From assembly GCA_964572825.1 (NCBI GenBank), contig CAZNGS010000011.1, forward strand, positions 8,557 to 72,556: a stretch of 64,000 nt of DNA, read 5' to 3'. A program made the translations under genes and the position numbers. The stretch is from an uncultured candidatus Brocadiaceae bacterium (GTDB taxonomy: Bacteria > Planctomycetota > Brocadiia > SM23-32). Positions 40,407 to 48,981 of this stretch are shown here, piece after piece. Numbering within the stretch: the first letter of the stretch is position 1; the number at the start of each line of letters is the position of its first letter. The notes under the pieces are model-generated. The model did no database searches and was not told the DNA's origin. It saw nothing but the letters and a program-made list of their open reading frames with translations.

Positions 40407-40783
40407 GCGGTGGCAAGCCACCGCAGCCCAAGGAAAACCGGGACAGCGGTCCCCTCCTCCGCAAGAGCCCCATGAGCTTTCATCTCTGTGACTCCTATTT
40501 AGACTTTGGACGATGGAAGAGGAATGCCCTCCCGATATATAGCGTCAGCGCCGGAGGACGAGGTCCCGCGGGGACCCTCCTTCGGCCGACAGGCGCCGGA
40601 GCTGCCATTTTGGGTAGCTGAGGCCTCCTCGCCCGGGGCTGTCCGTCGCTTCGTGAGAACATTTTCCGTTGATGCCCCTCTGCCGTTGATCAGCGTTAAT
40701 CTGCGGCCAAATGCCGTTTGTCGTTCTCGTTACTTCGCCCTTCGTCCTTCGAACTTCCCACTTCCGGCGGCCCGCCGCCAGCC

Positions 40784-40860
40784 ATTATAGTCGTTCCTGG
40801 AAATCCGCGTGTCCGTCTTGACCGCATTGACCGAGAAAATCCCCGGATTCCCGGGTTTTC
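40784..40860. repeat. Copy B of the 77-bp dispersed non-coding element
   Basis: 58/77 ungapped identity to 1950-2026. Confidence 0.8.
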
Positions 40861-41184
40861 CGGCGTGATCCTGGCCTCGGATGGGCAGCGGCCGGCATGC
40901 GCGGGCGCGCAGTTGAATGTCGTAGGGTCAAATAGTTCAAGGCCCGCGCGGGGGGCGGGACACAGGGGATCGGATCCAGCAGTAGCGACCGTGAAAAGCT
41001 CCTTTTGCCGGCGCGGGCCGGGCGCCCGCCTGCATGGCAGACAGGCGTGGGCACAGGCAGACACGCCTCGCGTGCGGCCCCCGGCTCTTCTGATCCGCTG
41101 CTCGGACTGGTGCACGTGATGCGCACGGGGCTTCGAGGGACACGCGGGTGGGTATAGCGAAGGGCGCACGGGAACCGCGATACG

Positions 41185-41295
41185 AAGAAAAAGCGCCCCA
41201 CTGGGAGGCGCCGTAAGGTTGCTCCGTAGAGCAGAGCCCGCGGGGCAATTCACCCCTTACTGTGATTTGAGAGTGAACCGCCGTTCGGATACACT
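41185..41295 (-). ncRNA. tracrRNA
   Basis: Anti-repeat 41259-41295 is complementary to the CRISPR repeat; followed on the minus strand by nexus-like hairpins and a GCGCCUC/GGGGCGC stem with a U-tract; promoter directly upstream. Confidence 0.9.
41267..41295 (+). promoter_or_regulatory. Putative cas9 promoter embedded in the tracrRNA anti-repeat
   Basis: TTGAGA-N17-TACACT on the plus strand, 45 bp before the cas9 ATG. Confidence 0.55.
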
Positions 41296-41301
41296 ACCTA
41301 C

Positions 41302-41330
41302 ACTATAGAGGAGCCCGGATTCTTTGTCAA
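41302..41330 (-). promoter_or_regulatory. tracrRNA promoter
   Basis: Minus strand TTGACA-N17-TATAGT; predicted start at about 41295, the first base of the anti-repeat. Confidence 0.85.
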
Positions 41331-41339
41331 GGAGAAATC

Positions 41340-44300
41340 ATGGCCAGCGCGACAGAGGAGCAAGGATACATCCTCGGACTGGATATCGGAACCCATTCGG
41401 TCGGCTGGGCGGCAATTGAGACGGATGACGGCGAACCGTGCGGGATACTCCGTGCCGGGGTGCGGGTGTTTCAGGCAGGCGTGGACGAGACGCAATACGA
41501 GCAAGGCAAGGCCGATCCGCCAGGTGCCAAGCGCCGCCAGATGCGCGCTCAGCGCAGACTGACAGCGCGACGGGTGCGGCGCAAGAGGAAATTGCTGCAC
41601 ATCCTTCAGCGGGCTGGCTTGCTGCCCGACGGCGAACCCGGCGACATCTTCCCAGAACTGGACAAGCGGCTGCTTGAGAAATTCGCGGGTGTGGGCGATT
41701 CAGAGGGCGAAAGCGGCCCTTTGCCGCACGTGCTCCACTACTGGCTGCGCGCGCGTGCACTTGACCACCCCCTGGAACCCCACGAATTTGGCCGAGCCGT
41801 CTACCACCTCGGCCAGCGCCGCGGCTTTCAGAGCAATCGGCGTACTCCCCAGAAAGAGGGCGAGGACAGGGGCCAGCTGATGACCGCAATCTCTGAACTC
41901 CGGGATAAGATGGAGAAGGCGGGGGCACGCACGCTGGGCGAGTTCTTCGCTCAGCTCGATCCGCGGGAGAAGCGTATCCGAGACCGGTACACCGAGCGGG
42001 AGATGTTCAAGGAAGAATTCAACGCGATCTGGGAGGCGCAGGCACTCCACCATCCCGGCATACTGACCCAGGAGCTGCGGGAAGCGGTTCACGATGCCAT
42101 CTTCTACCAGCGCCCGCTGAAGAACCAATCCTACCTGATCGGTGGCTGCACGCTGGAGGAGAACCGGAGGCGCGCTCCCTGGGCGTTGCTCGATGCCCAG
42201 GGGTTCCGCATCCTGCAGAAAGTCAATGACACCAGGGTGCTGCCGGAAACGGGACCGGAGCGCGACCTGACCGAAAAAGAGCGTAATGCGCTGGCCGGCG
42301 CACTCGATCGAAAACACCACCTGACCTTCCTCCAGGCCAAGAAGGCAATGGGCCTCAGCCGCGACTGCGTCCTGAACTGGGAATCCGGGGGGGAGAAGCG
42401 CCTGCCGGGGAACCGGACGAACGCGAAGTTCGAGGACATTTTCGGAGACCGCTGGTGGGGGCTCACTCGTGAGCAGCGGGATCAGGTTGTCGAAGATGTT
42501 CTGTCCTACGAGAAGCGCGACGCTTTGGCGCGCCGTGGACGCCGCCACTGGGGCCTCGACAAAGAGGCCGCCCAGGAGCTGGCACACCTGGAATTGGAGG
42601 GTGGTTACTGCCGGCTCTCCCGCAAGGCGTTGGGGAAGCTGCTTCCCCACATGGAACGCGGCCTGCGCTACCAGGAAGCCGCCAGGAAGTGCTACCCCGA
42701 ACGGTGGGACGCCGGTGAGGCGTTGGAGGAACTACCGGCGCTCCGGGAAACCGATCTGGATTGCACGAATCCGGTTGTCAGACGGTCGTTGACCGAGATG
42801 CGCAAGGTCGTGAATGCGGTCGTGCGTCACTACGGCAAGCCGCAGAAGGTGCGGATCGAAATGGCCCGTGACCTGCGCAAGAGCGCCGCCCAGAGGGCCG
42901 AAGCGACCCAACGGGCACGCCGCAACCAGCAACGGCGGGAGGCCGCCGCTCAGAAGATCGTCCAGGAAGCGGGCATCCAGAACCCCTCGCGCCAGGACAT
43001 CGAGAAGGTTCTGCTGGCCGAGGAATGCAAGTGGACATGCCCCTATACCGGGCGCGGGATCAGCATGGACGCTCTACTGGGCGCCAACCCGCAGTTCGAT
43101 GTTGAGCATATCGTGCCGTTCAGCCGTTCTCTCGACAACAGCTACCTGAATAAGACACTCTGTTACGCTCCCGAGAACCGCCACAAGCGCAACCACACGC
43201 CCTGGGAAGCCTACGGCGGAAACGAGGAACGCTGGAACAAGATCATCGCCCGGGTCCAGGACTTCAAGGGGGATGCCGCACAGATCAAGCTCCGCCGTTT
43301 CAAGCAAAGGGAGCCCGATTCCCTGGACCAAGTCGCGCAGCGTCAGCTGAACGATACCCGCTACGCCTCCAAAGCGGCCGGGCAATACGTTGCGCTTCTC
43401 TTCGGAGGAACATCGGATGAAGCCGGCAGCCGCCGAGTAGAGGCGGCCCGCGGCGGTGTCACCGCGTACATCCGGGACATGTACGCCCTGAATTCCATTC
43501 TCGGCGACGGACCGGGCAAGGAACGCTCGGACCATCGACATCACGCGGTGGACGCGATGGCCATCGCGCTCACCAGCCCGTCCTCCATGCAGCAGATCAG
43601 TCAGCGCTCGAGCGATCTACGCAACGGCGGGCGGATGGACTTCCGCGACGTGGTGCTTCCGTGGGATACGTTCCTGGACGACCTTCGGGCGGCCATCGAA
43701 CCCATAGCGGTCTCGCACCGCCCCAGGCGCGGCGTGAACGGTCCATTGCACGACGAGACGTTATACGGTCCGGTTCCTCAAGAACATGGCGATGGCCGCC
43801 ATGAAGAGCGCGCGCGGGTCCGTAAGCGGGTGGACGCCCTGTCCAGCGGTGACGTGGATAAGATCGTGGACCGTCCCTGTCGTGAAGCCGTGCGGCGCAA
43901 GCTGGCTGAACTGGGCGGAACGCCACGCCAGCCATTCAAGGACCCGGCCAACCATCCTCACCTCGTTGGCGGGGACGGCCGGCGGATACCCATCCATTCC
44001 GTAACCATCGAAACCAGCGCCTCCACAGTGCCGATCGGCCATGACGAAAACCGCCGCTACGTCCTCACGAACGACAACCATCACATGGCTATCGTGGAGC
44101 ACACGGACGGGCGTGGGAGGCCCCGGTGGAAGGGCGTGCTGGTTTCGCGTCTGCAAGCGGGCCGAAGGCTGCGGGAAGGCGAGCCGGTGGTACAGCGTCC
44201 GGAAGGCTTCCAGTTCTCGCTTGCCAGCGGGGACATGATCGAACTGGATCGGGAGGACGGGGACGGCAGACGGCTGTGCGTGGTTCGGAGCATTTCTGGG

Positions 44301-44459
44301 GGAAAGGTCGAATTTGTACCGATTAATGACGCCCGAATCAAGAAGGATATCAAGGACGCCGGCATGTGGATCACCCGATCGCCCAATCGGCTGCGTCAAC
44401 TCCATTGTCAGAAGGTAAACGTAAATCCATTCGGCCAGGTTCGCCGGGCCAATGACTGA
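41340..44459 (+). CDS. cas9: Type II-C CRISPR endonuclease Cas9, 1039 aa
   Basis: RuvC-I LGLDIGTHSVGWA, Arg-rich bridge helix, RuvC-II IEMARD, HNH DVEHIVPFSRSLDNSYLNKTLC, RuvC-III HRHHAVDA; AAGGAG RBS. Confidence 0.98.
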   Translation: MASATEEQGYILGLDIGTHSVGWAAIETDDGEPCGILRAGVRVFQAGVDETQYEQGKADPPGAKRRQMRAQRRLTARRVRRKRKLLHILQRAGLLPDGEPGDIFPELDKRLLEKFAGVGDSEGESGPLPHVLHYWLRARALDHPLEPHEFGRAVYHLGQRRGFQSNRRTPQKEGEDRGQLMTAISELRDKMEKAGARTLGEFFAQLDPREKRIRDRYTEREMFKEEFNAIWEAQALHHPGILTQELREAVHDAIFYQRPLKNQSYLIGGCTLEENRRRAPWALLDAQGFRILQKVNDTRVLPETGPERDLTEKERNALAGALDRKHHLTFLQAKKAMGLSRDCVLNWESGGEKRLPGNRTNAKFEDIFGDRWWGLTREQRDQVVEDVLSYEKRDALARRGRRHWGLDKEAAQELAHLELEGGYCRLSRKALGKLLPHMERGLRYQEAARKCYPERWDAGEALEELPALRETDLDCTNPVVRRSLTEMRKVVNAVVRHYGKPQKVRIEMARDLRKSAAQRAEATQRARRNQQRREAAAQKIVQEAGIQNPSRQDIEKVLLAEECKWTCPYTGRGISMDALLGANPQFDVEHIVPFSRSLDNSYLNKTLCYAPENRHKRNHTPWEAYGGNEERWNKIIARVQDFKGDAAQIKLRRFKQREPDSLDQVAQRQLNDTRYASKAAGQYVALLFGGTSDEAGSRRVEAARGGVTAYIRDMYALNSILGDGPGKERSDHRHHAVDAMAIALTSPSSMQQISQRSSDLRNGGRMDFRDVVLPWDTFLDDLRAAIEPIAVSHRPRRGVNGPLHDETLYGPVPQEHGDGRHEERARVRKRVDALSSGDVDKIVDRPCREAVRRKLAELGGTPRQPFKDPANHPHLVGGDGRRIPIHSVTIETSASTVPIGHDENRRYVLTNDNHHMAIVEHTDGRGRPRWKGVLVSRLQAGRRLREGEPVVQRPEGFQFSLASGDMIELDREDGDGRRLCVVRSISGGKVEFVPINDARIKKDIKDAGMWITRSPNRLRQLHCQKVNVNPFGQVRRAND

Positions 44460-45342
44460 ACATATCCTCGACATAACCGAGCAATCAGGCACGTTGCGGA
44501 CGCGCTACGAGCAACTTGTCTTCGAGCAGGACGGGGAGACCACCGTCAGCGTTCCGCTATCCGAACTCGCCACCGTCGTCGTCTCCAACAACCGCGTCCG
44601 TTACTCGCATGCGCTCCTCGCCGGCATAGCGCAGGCCGGGGCAACACTGGTGGTGTGCGACGAGAAACACCTGCCGGCGGCCATGCTGCTGCCCCTTGCG
44701 GGGCACCACGTTCAGGCCGAGCGTTTCCGCATCCAGGCCGACGTGAAAAAGACGACCAGGAAACGTCTGTGGCAGCAGATCGTCCGGGCGAAGCTCCGCG
44801 CACAGGGGACCCTCCTGCAGGAATTGCGCGGAGATGACCTGGGCATCGGGCGCATGGTCGACAGGGTTCGCTCTGGTGACAAGGACAATATGGAGGCCCG
44901 GGCGGCGCGTAGATATTGGGGCGCTCTCTTTGCCGACCCCGACTTTCAGCGCTCACGCGATGCGGACGACCAGAACCGGCACCTCAATTACGGCTATGCC
45001 GTGCTGCGGGCCGTCGTGGCCCGGGCGATCTGCGGGGTGGGATTGCATCCGTCTCTCGGGCTGCACCATCACAACCGCTACGATGCCTTCTGCCTGGCGG
45101 ACGATCTGATGGAGCCGTACCGCCCCCTCGTTGACCGTGCGGTTGTGCGCTGGGTTGAGCACCATGATCCCGCCGGCCCCCTGGATCAGGCTACGAGGAA
45201 GCACCTCATCAAATCGCTGACCGGCAGAGTGGGGCTGGAGGGCGAGCAACGCACGCTTTTCGACGCCCTGCGCCGGTATGCCTCTTCGCTGGTCAAGGTT
45301 CTGGAGGGCAAGAGGGACAGGCTGCTCATTCCGGAGCTATGA
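44452..45342 (+). CDS. cas1: Type II CRISPR-associated Cas1
   Basis: LWQQIVRAK, EARAARRYW, LNYGYAVLR, LGLHHHNRYDAFCLADDLMEPYRP. Confidence 0.97.
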   Translation: MTEHILDITEQSGTLRTRYEQLVFEQDGETTVSVPLSELATVVVSNNRVRYSHALLAGIAQAGATLVVCDEKHLPAAMLLPLAGHHVQAERFRIQADVKKTTRKRLWQQIVRAKLRAQGTLLQELRGDDLGIGRMVDRVRSGDKDNMEARAARRYWGALFADPDFQRSRDADDQNRHLNYGYAVLRAVVARAICGVGLHPSLGLHHHNRYDAFCLADDLMEPYRPLVDRAVVRWVEHHDPAGPLDQATRKHLIKSLTGRVGLEGEQRTLFDALRRYASSLVKVLEGKRDRLLIPEL

Positions 45343-45343
45343 G

Positions 45344-45688
45344 ATGGCACGCTCGCGGGAACCGATTTCGGGGTACCGCGCCGTGTGGCAGTTCGTTATA
45401 TTTGACCTGCCCGTAACGACCAAGAAGGCCCGCCGCGCGTGCCGTCATTTCCGCAAAGAACTGCTCCGGGAGGGCTTCATGATGCTCCAGTGGTCGGTAT
45501 ACGCGCGGTTTTGCTCCTCAGAAGAGGCGGCCGAAACCCACCGCCGGCGGCTACGCACCATGATCCCACCGGGAGGGCGCGTTCGATTGCTCTCCGTCAC
45601 GGACCGCCAGTACGGCAAAATGGAGGTCTACCACGGAGAAAACTTCCAGGAACCCGAAGGCCCCCCGGAACAGGTCATGCTTTTTTGA
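45344..45688 (+). CDS. cas2: CRISPR-associated Cas2
   Basis: FVIFDLPV, FRKELLREGFMMLQWSVYAR, VTDRQY. Confidence 0.96.
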   Translation: MARSREPISGYRAVWQFVIFDLPVTTKKARRACRHFRKELLREGFMMLQWSVYARFCSSEEAAETHRRRLRTMIPPGGRVRLLSVTDRQYGKMEVYHGENFQEPEGPPEQVMLF

Positions 45689-45737
45689 GCGCACAACCTC
45701 CGTAAAACCCCCCTGTAGCCAGGCTTGCGGGAGAGTT

Positions 45738-46170
45738 AGTGTACCCGAACGGCGGTTCCCATCAAGCCACAGCAAGTACTTAGCCCGCAAGCGCTTGCGG
45801 ATTAGTGTACCCGAACGGCGGTTCCCATCAAGCCACAGCCTTGGACCTTCAGGCCCATGCGGCGGGCCAGAGTGTACCCGAACGGCGGTTCCCATCAAGC
45901 CACAGCGGATCGGTCGGCTGGGACAAGGCGCGCTCGAGTGTACCCGAACGGCGGTTCCCATCAAGCCACAGCGCTGCTGGGCGGCGTGGTCGACCGCCTG
46001 GTAGTGTACCCGAACGGCGGTTCCCATCAAGCCACAGCATACCTACGGCGGGACCGTGGTAAGGACGAAGTGTACCCGAACGGCGGTTCCCATCAAGCCA
46101 CAGCAGAGCTCCTGTCCGCCCGTTCGCAATTCCAAGTGTACCCGAACGGCGGTTCCCATCAAGCCACAGC
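45738..46170 (-). CRISPR. Type II-C CRISPR array: 7 identical 36-bp repeats and 6 spacers (30-31 bp)
   Basis: AGTGTACCCGAACGGCGGTTCCCATCAAGCCACAGC starts at 45738, 45804, 45871, 45937, 46003, 46069 and 46135; minus orientation inferred from tracrRNA polarity and the repeat-internal promoter. Confidence 0.98.
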
Positions 46171-46452
46171 GCGTCCGGGGGCAGCCATCGCCGGACGCTC
46201 CTTTGGTGCCTCTTCTGCCTTCGGCCCTCCCCCTTGAATGCTCGGGAATGTCCCCACGAGATGCCTTTTCACGCTCGCATACTGGTTATAACCAGGGCAC
46301 GGCAGGTTCCAAGGCCGCCCCGGAAACTGCGCGGGGAATGCCGGGCAGACCCGTCCGTATGCCCTGCGGGAGCCGGCCCTGCCGGCCGTGCAGACCTGCG
46401 GTCGCAACACTCCCCATTTCGCCCGGGAGTCGTTGCATGCCCCCCCTCCACC

Positions 46453-46680
46453 TCAATACCACTGGAAGCCGCCGGGGAACATACTGACCATCACGTTCTT
46501 GGTGCGCGTGAGGGCCAGGACGCCCTCCTTTCCCAACTCTGAACCGCGGCCGCTGCACTTGTAGCCGCCACAGGGGGGGGTTGGGGAAAACGAAGTTATG
46601 CAGGTTGAACCAGACCGTCCCGGACTCCAGCCGGGGCACCAGGCTGTGGGCGAGCTTCAGGCGCTGTTGGATTTGCATCA
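46453..46680 (-). pseudogene. Aldehyde dehydrogenase C-terminal remnant, frameshifted
   Basis: AHSLVPRLESGTVWFN...PNPP, then a frameshift at the G8 run 46573-46580, then GGYKCSGRGSELGKEGVLALTRTKNVMVS. Confidence 0.75.
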
Positions 46681-47457
46681 CGCCTGTTCCTTTGCCACGG
46701 GGTTGGTCAGGCGACCGATGCCTTCGATCTCCACGGTCACGGTGTCGCCTTCCTTGAGGAAGACGGGCGGCGTGCGGCTGAACCCCACCCCCCGGGGCGT
46801 GCCCGTCATGATGATGCTGCCGGCATAGAGCGTCATGCACCGGGAGAGGTAGCTGACCAGTTGCCGGCAGGAGAAGATGAGGTCCGATGTGTTGGATTCC
46901 TGCATGGTCTGGCCGTTCAAGATCAACCGGATGTCGAGCTCCTCCGGGTTGACATCCGTCTCGATCCAGGGACCAATCGGCGCGAAGGTATCGAAGCACT
47001 TGCCGCGGGCCCACTGGACGTCCTGCCTGAGCTGACAGTCCCGGGCGCTGACGTCGTTGCCGCAGGTGTAGCCCAGGATGCAGTCATCGGCTTCGTCCTG
47101 TGAGACGTTTCTGGCGTCTTCGCCCATGACGATGACCAGCTCGGCCTCGTAGTCCACCTCGTCCGGGGCCATGGCCGGCAGCACGATCGGCGTGCCGGGA
47201 CCGGTGACCGTATTGGGCGTCTTGACGAACATCTGGGGGGCCGACGGGATGTCCATGCCGCTCTCGGCGGCGTGCCCCCCGTAATTCAGGCCGATGGCTA
47301 CTATCTGGCACGGCTCGACGGGCGCGAGCAGTTGCGCCTCGCCGGACGAAACGACGGTCCCGGAGGGCTCACCCTCGTCGTCCAGGACTCGATACCCGTC
47401 CTCTTCTGCGACGGCGGGCAACGGGCCATCGTCCGTCAGTATGCGCGCGAGTCTCAT
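46678..47457 (-). CDS. Fumarylacetoacetate hydrolase family protein
   Basis: AIGLNY..HA, DYEAEL, GYTCGNDVSARD, KCFDTFAPIGP, MTGTP. Confidence 0.93.
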   Translation of the reverse strand: MRLARILTDDGPLPAVAEEDGYRVLDDEGEPSGTVVSSGEAQLLAPVEPCQIVAIGLNYGGHAAESGMDIPSAPQMFVKTPNTVTGPGTPIVLPAMAPDEVDYEAELVIVMGEDARNVSQDEADDCILGYTCGNDVSARDCQLRQDVQWARGKCFDTFAPIGPWIETDVNPEELDIRLILNGQTMQESNTSDLIFSCRQLVSYLSRCMTLYAGSIIMTGTPRGVGFSRTPPVFLKEGDTVTVEIEGIGRLTNPVAKEQA

Positions 47458-48437
47458 GCGTCGTTCCTTTCGAGCACTTCGGGGTTCAGCAGCGAAGCGG
47501 GTCGTTCGCCCTTCAGGGCCCGCACGACCTCGGCCACGGCCTTGCTCTGCAGCTTCCGGATGGCGGCGTCGGAATACCACGCGCTGTGGGGGGTGAGGAT
47601 GGCATTGTCGAAAGTCTTCAGCGGGTGGTCGGCTTCGACGACCCGCTCGTGGTCTTCCAGCAGGTCCAGGCCGGCGCCCGAGAGTCTGCCGTTCGCCAGT
47701 CCCCACACTACGGCATCCGTATCGACGATGGCCCCCCGGGCCGTGTTGATCAGGATGGGCTGCCGCTGCATCTTCTCGATGGCCGGGCGGTCGATCAGGT
47801 GGTAGGTTTCCTCCACCGACGGGCACTGCACGAAGACGGCGTCGGCGGTGGCCAGGAACTCATCAAGCTCCAGGCTGGCACAGCCGTCCCGGTCTTCCGC
47901 AATGGCGGGGTCCGTAAAACAGACGGCGACGCCGAAGGCCCCCAGCCGCCGGGCGATGGCGCGGCCGATGCGCCCAAAACCGATGATGCCCGCCCGCATC
48001 TCCGTGACAGCCTTCAGGGGCTTAACGTAGGACAGGGACCACTCTCCGCTCCTCACCTTCCTGCTGGAATGGCAGATCTTCCGGGCGAGGCAGAGGAAGA
48101 GCGCCAGGGCGTGGTCGGCCACCTCCTCCACGCAATAGTCAGGCACGTTGGCCACCATGATGCCGCGGCTGGTGGCTGCAGGGATGTCGATCGTATCGAC
48201 GCCGATACCGCAGCGGACGACGATCTTGAGCTCCGGGGCGGCGTCGAACACCTGCGCCCCGATGCCCGGCATGTACGTGTTCAGCAGGGCGTGCGTTCCG
48301 GGCAGGTGCGGGAGGAGTTCATCGGGAGTCGTGCATTGGTGGAGTTCCAGTTCGGCATCGACGGCCGCCAGCGCCTCCCGCTCGATCTCGAATGATTCGA
48401 ACACGTAATCGGTCACGACGACCTTGAACTCGCTCAC
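47454..48437 (-). CDS. D-2-hydroxyacid dehydrogenase (CtBP/PGDH-like)
   Basis: GIGVDTID, NVPDYCVEEVADH, GFGRIG, INTARG, TPHSAWYS; GTG start. Confidence 0.9.
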   Translation of the reverse strand: MSEFKVVVTDYVFESFEIEREALAAVDAELELHQCTTPDELLPHLPGTHALLNTYMPGIGAQVFDAAPELKIVVRCGIGVDTIDIPAATSRGIMVANVPDYCVEEVADHALALFLCLARKICHSSRKVRSGEWSLSYVKPLKAVTEMRAGIIGFGRIGRAIARRLGAFGVAVCFTDPAIAEDRDGCASLELDEFLATADAVFVQCPSVEETYHLIDRPAIEKMQRQPILINTARGAIVDTDAVVWGLANGRLSGAGLDLLEDHERVVEADHPLKTFDNAILTPHSAWYSDAAIRKLQSKAVAEVVRALKGERPASLLNPEVLERNDA

Positions 48438-48595
48438 GTCATGCCTCGCAATCGGGGATTGTCGGCGGCGCGGGGCGTTCTGCCTTTCGCCTGACCTGAT
48501 AGTAGTGCCCGCCCCGGGGGTTGTCAACAATGGGGGTCTGGCGGTAGGATGGGCCGGGGCGAGGGACCGGGACTTTGGCGGGAGGTGGTTGGCGC

Positions 48596-48949
48596 GTGGA
48601 AGCCAGAGTAGTCCGGAAGGGCGAAGTGCCGATAGATCAGACCCGGTGGGGTTCTCTTCAGTGGCTGTTGAGCGGGGACGGAGAGCTCGGGCTGACCGTC
48701 GGGCGGGTGACCTTCAAGCCCGGCCGGGAGAATCCGTCCCACCTGCACCCCAACTGCGCCGAGGCCCTGTGCGTGGTCTCGGGGGAGCTGGAGCACTCCC
48801 TGCCGGGCGGAGGGACGGCGCGGTTGGGGCCGGGCGACTGCATCGTGCTGCCCCCGGATGCGGCCCACCATGCCCGCAACCCGGGCCCGGATGAAACGGT
48901 TGTGCTGGTCATCTACAACTCCGAGGACCGCCAGGTACTCGGGGAATGA
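48596..48949 (+). CDS. Cupin domain protein
   Basis: HLHPNCAE and HHARN metal motifs. Confidence 0.85.
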   Translation: MEARVVRKGEVPIDQTRWGSLQWLLSGDGELGLTVGRVTFKPGRENPSHLHPNCAEALCVVSGELEHSLPGGGTARLGPGDCIVLPPDAAHHARNPGPDETVVLVIYNSEDRQVLGE

Positions 48950-48981
48950 ACGCAACCCCTTTTCACACGAAAGAACGAACG

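Noticed and set aside
45551-46237. Short ORFs with repeated peptides (VYPNGGSHQATA, LWLDGNRRSGTL)
   Set aside because: Translations of the CRISPR repeats
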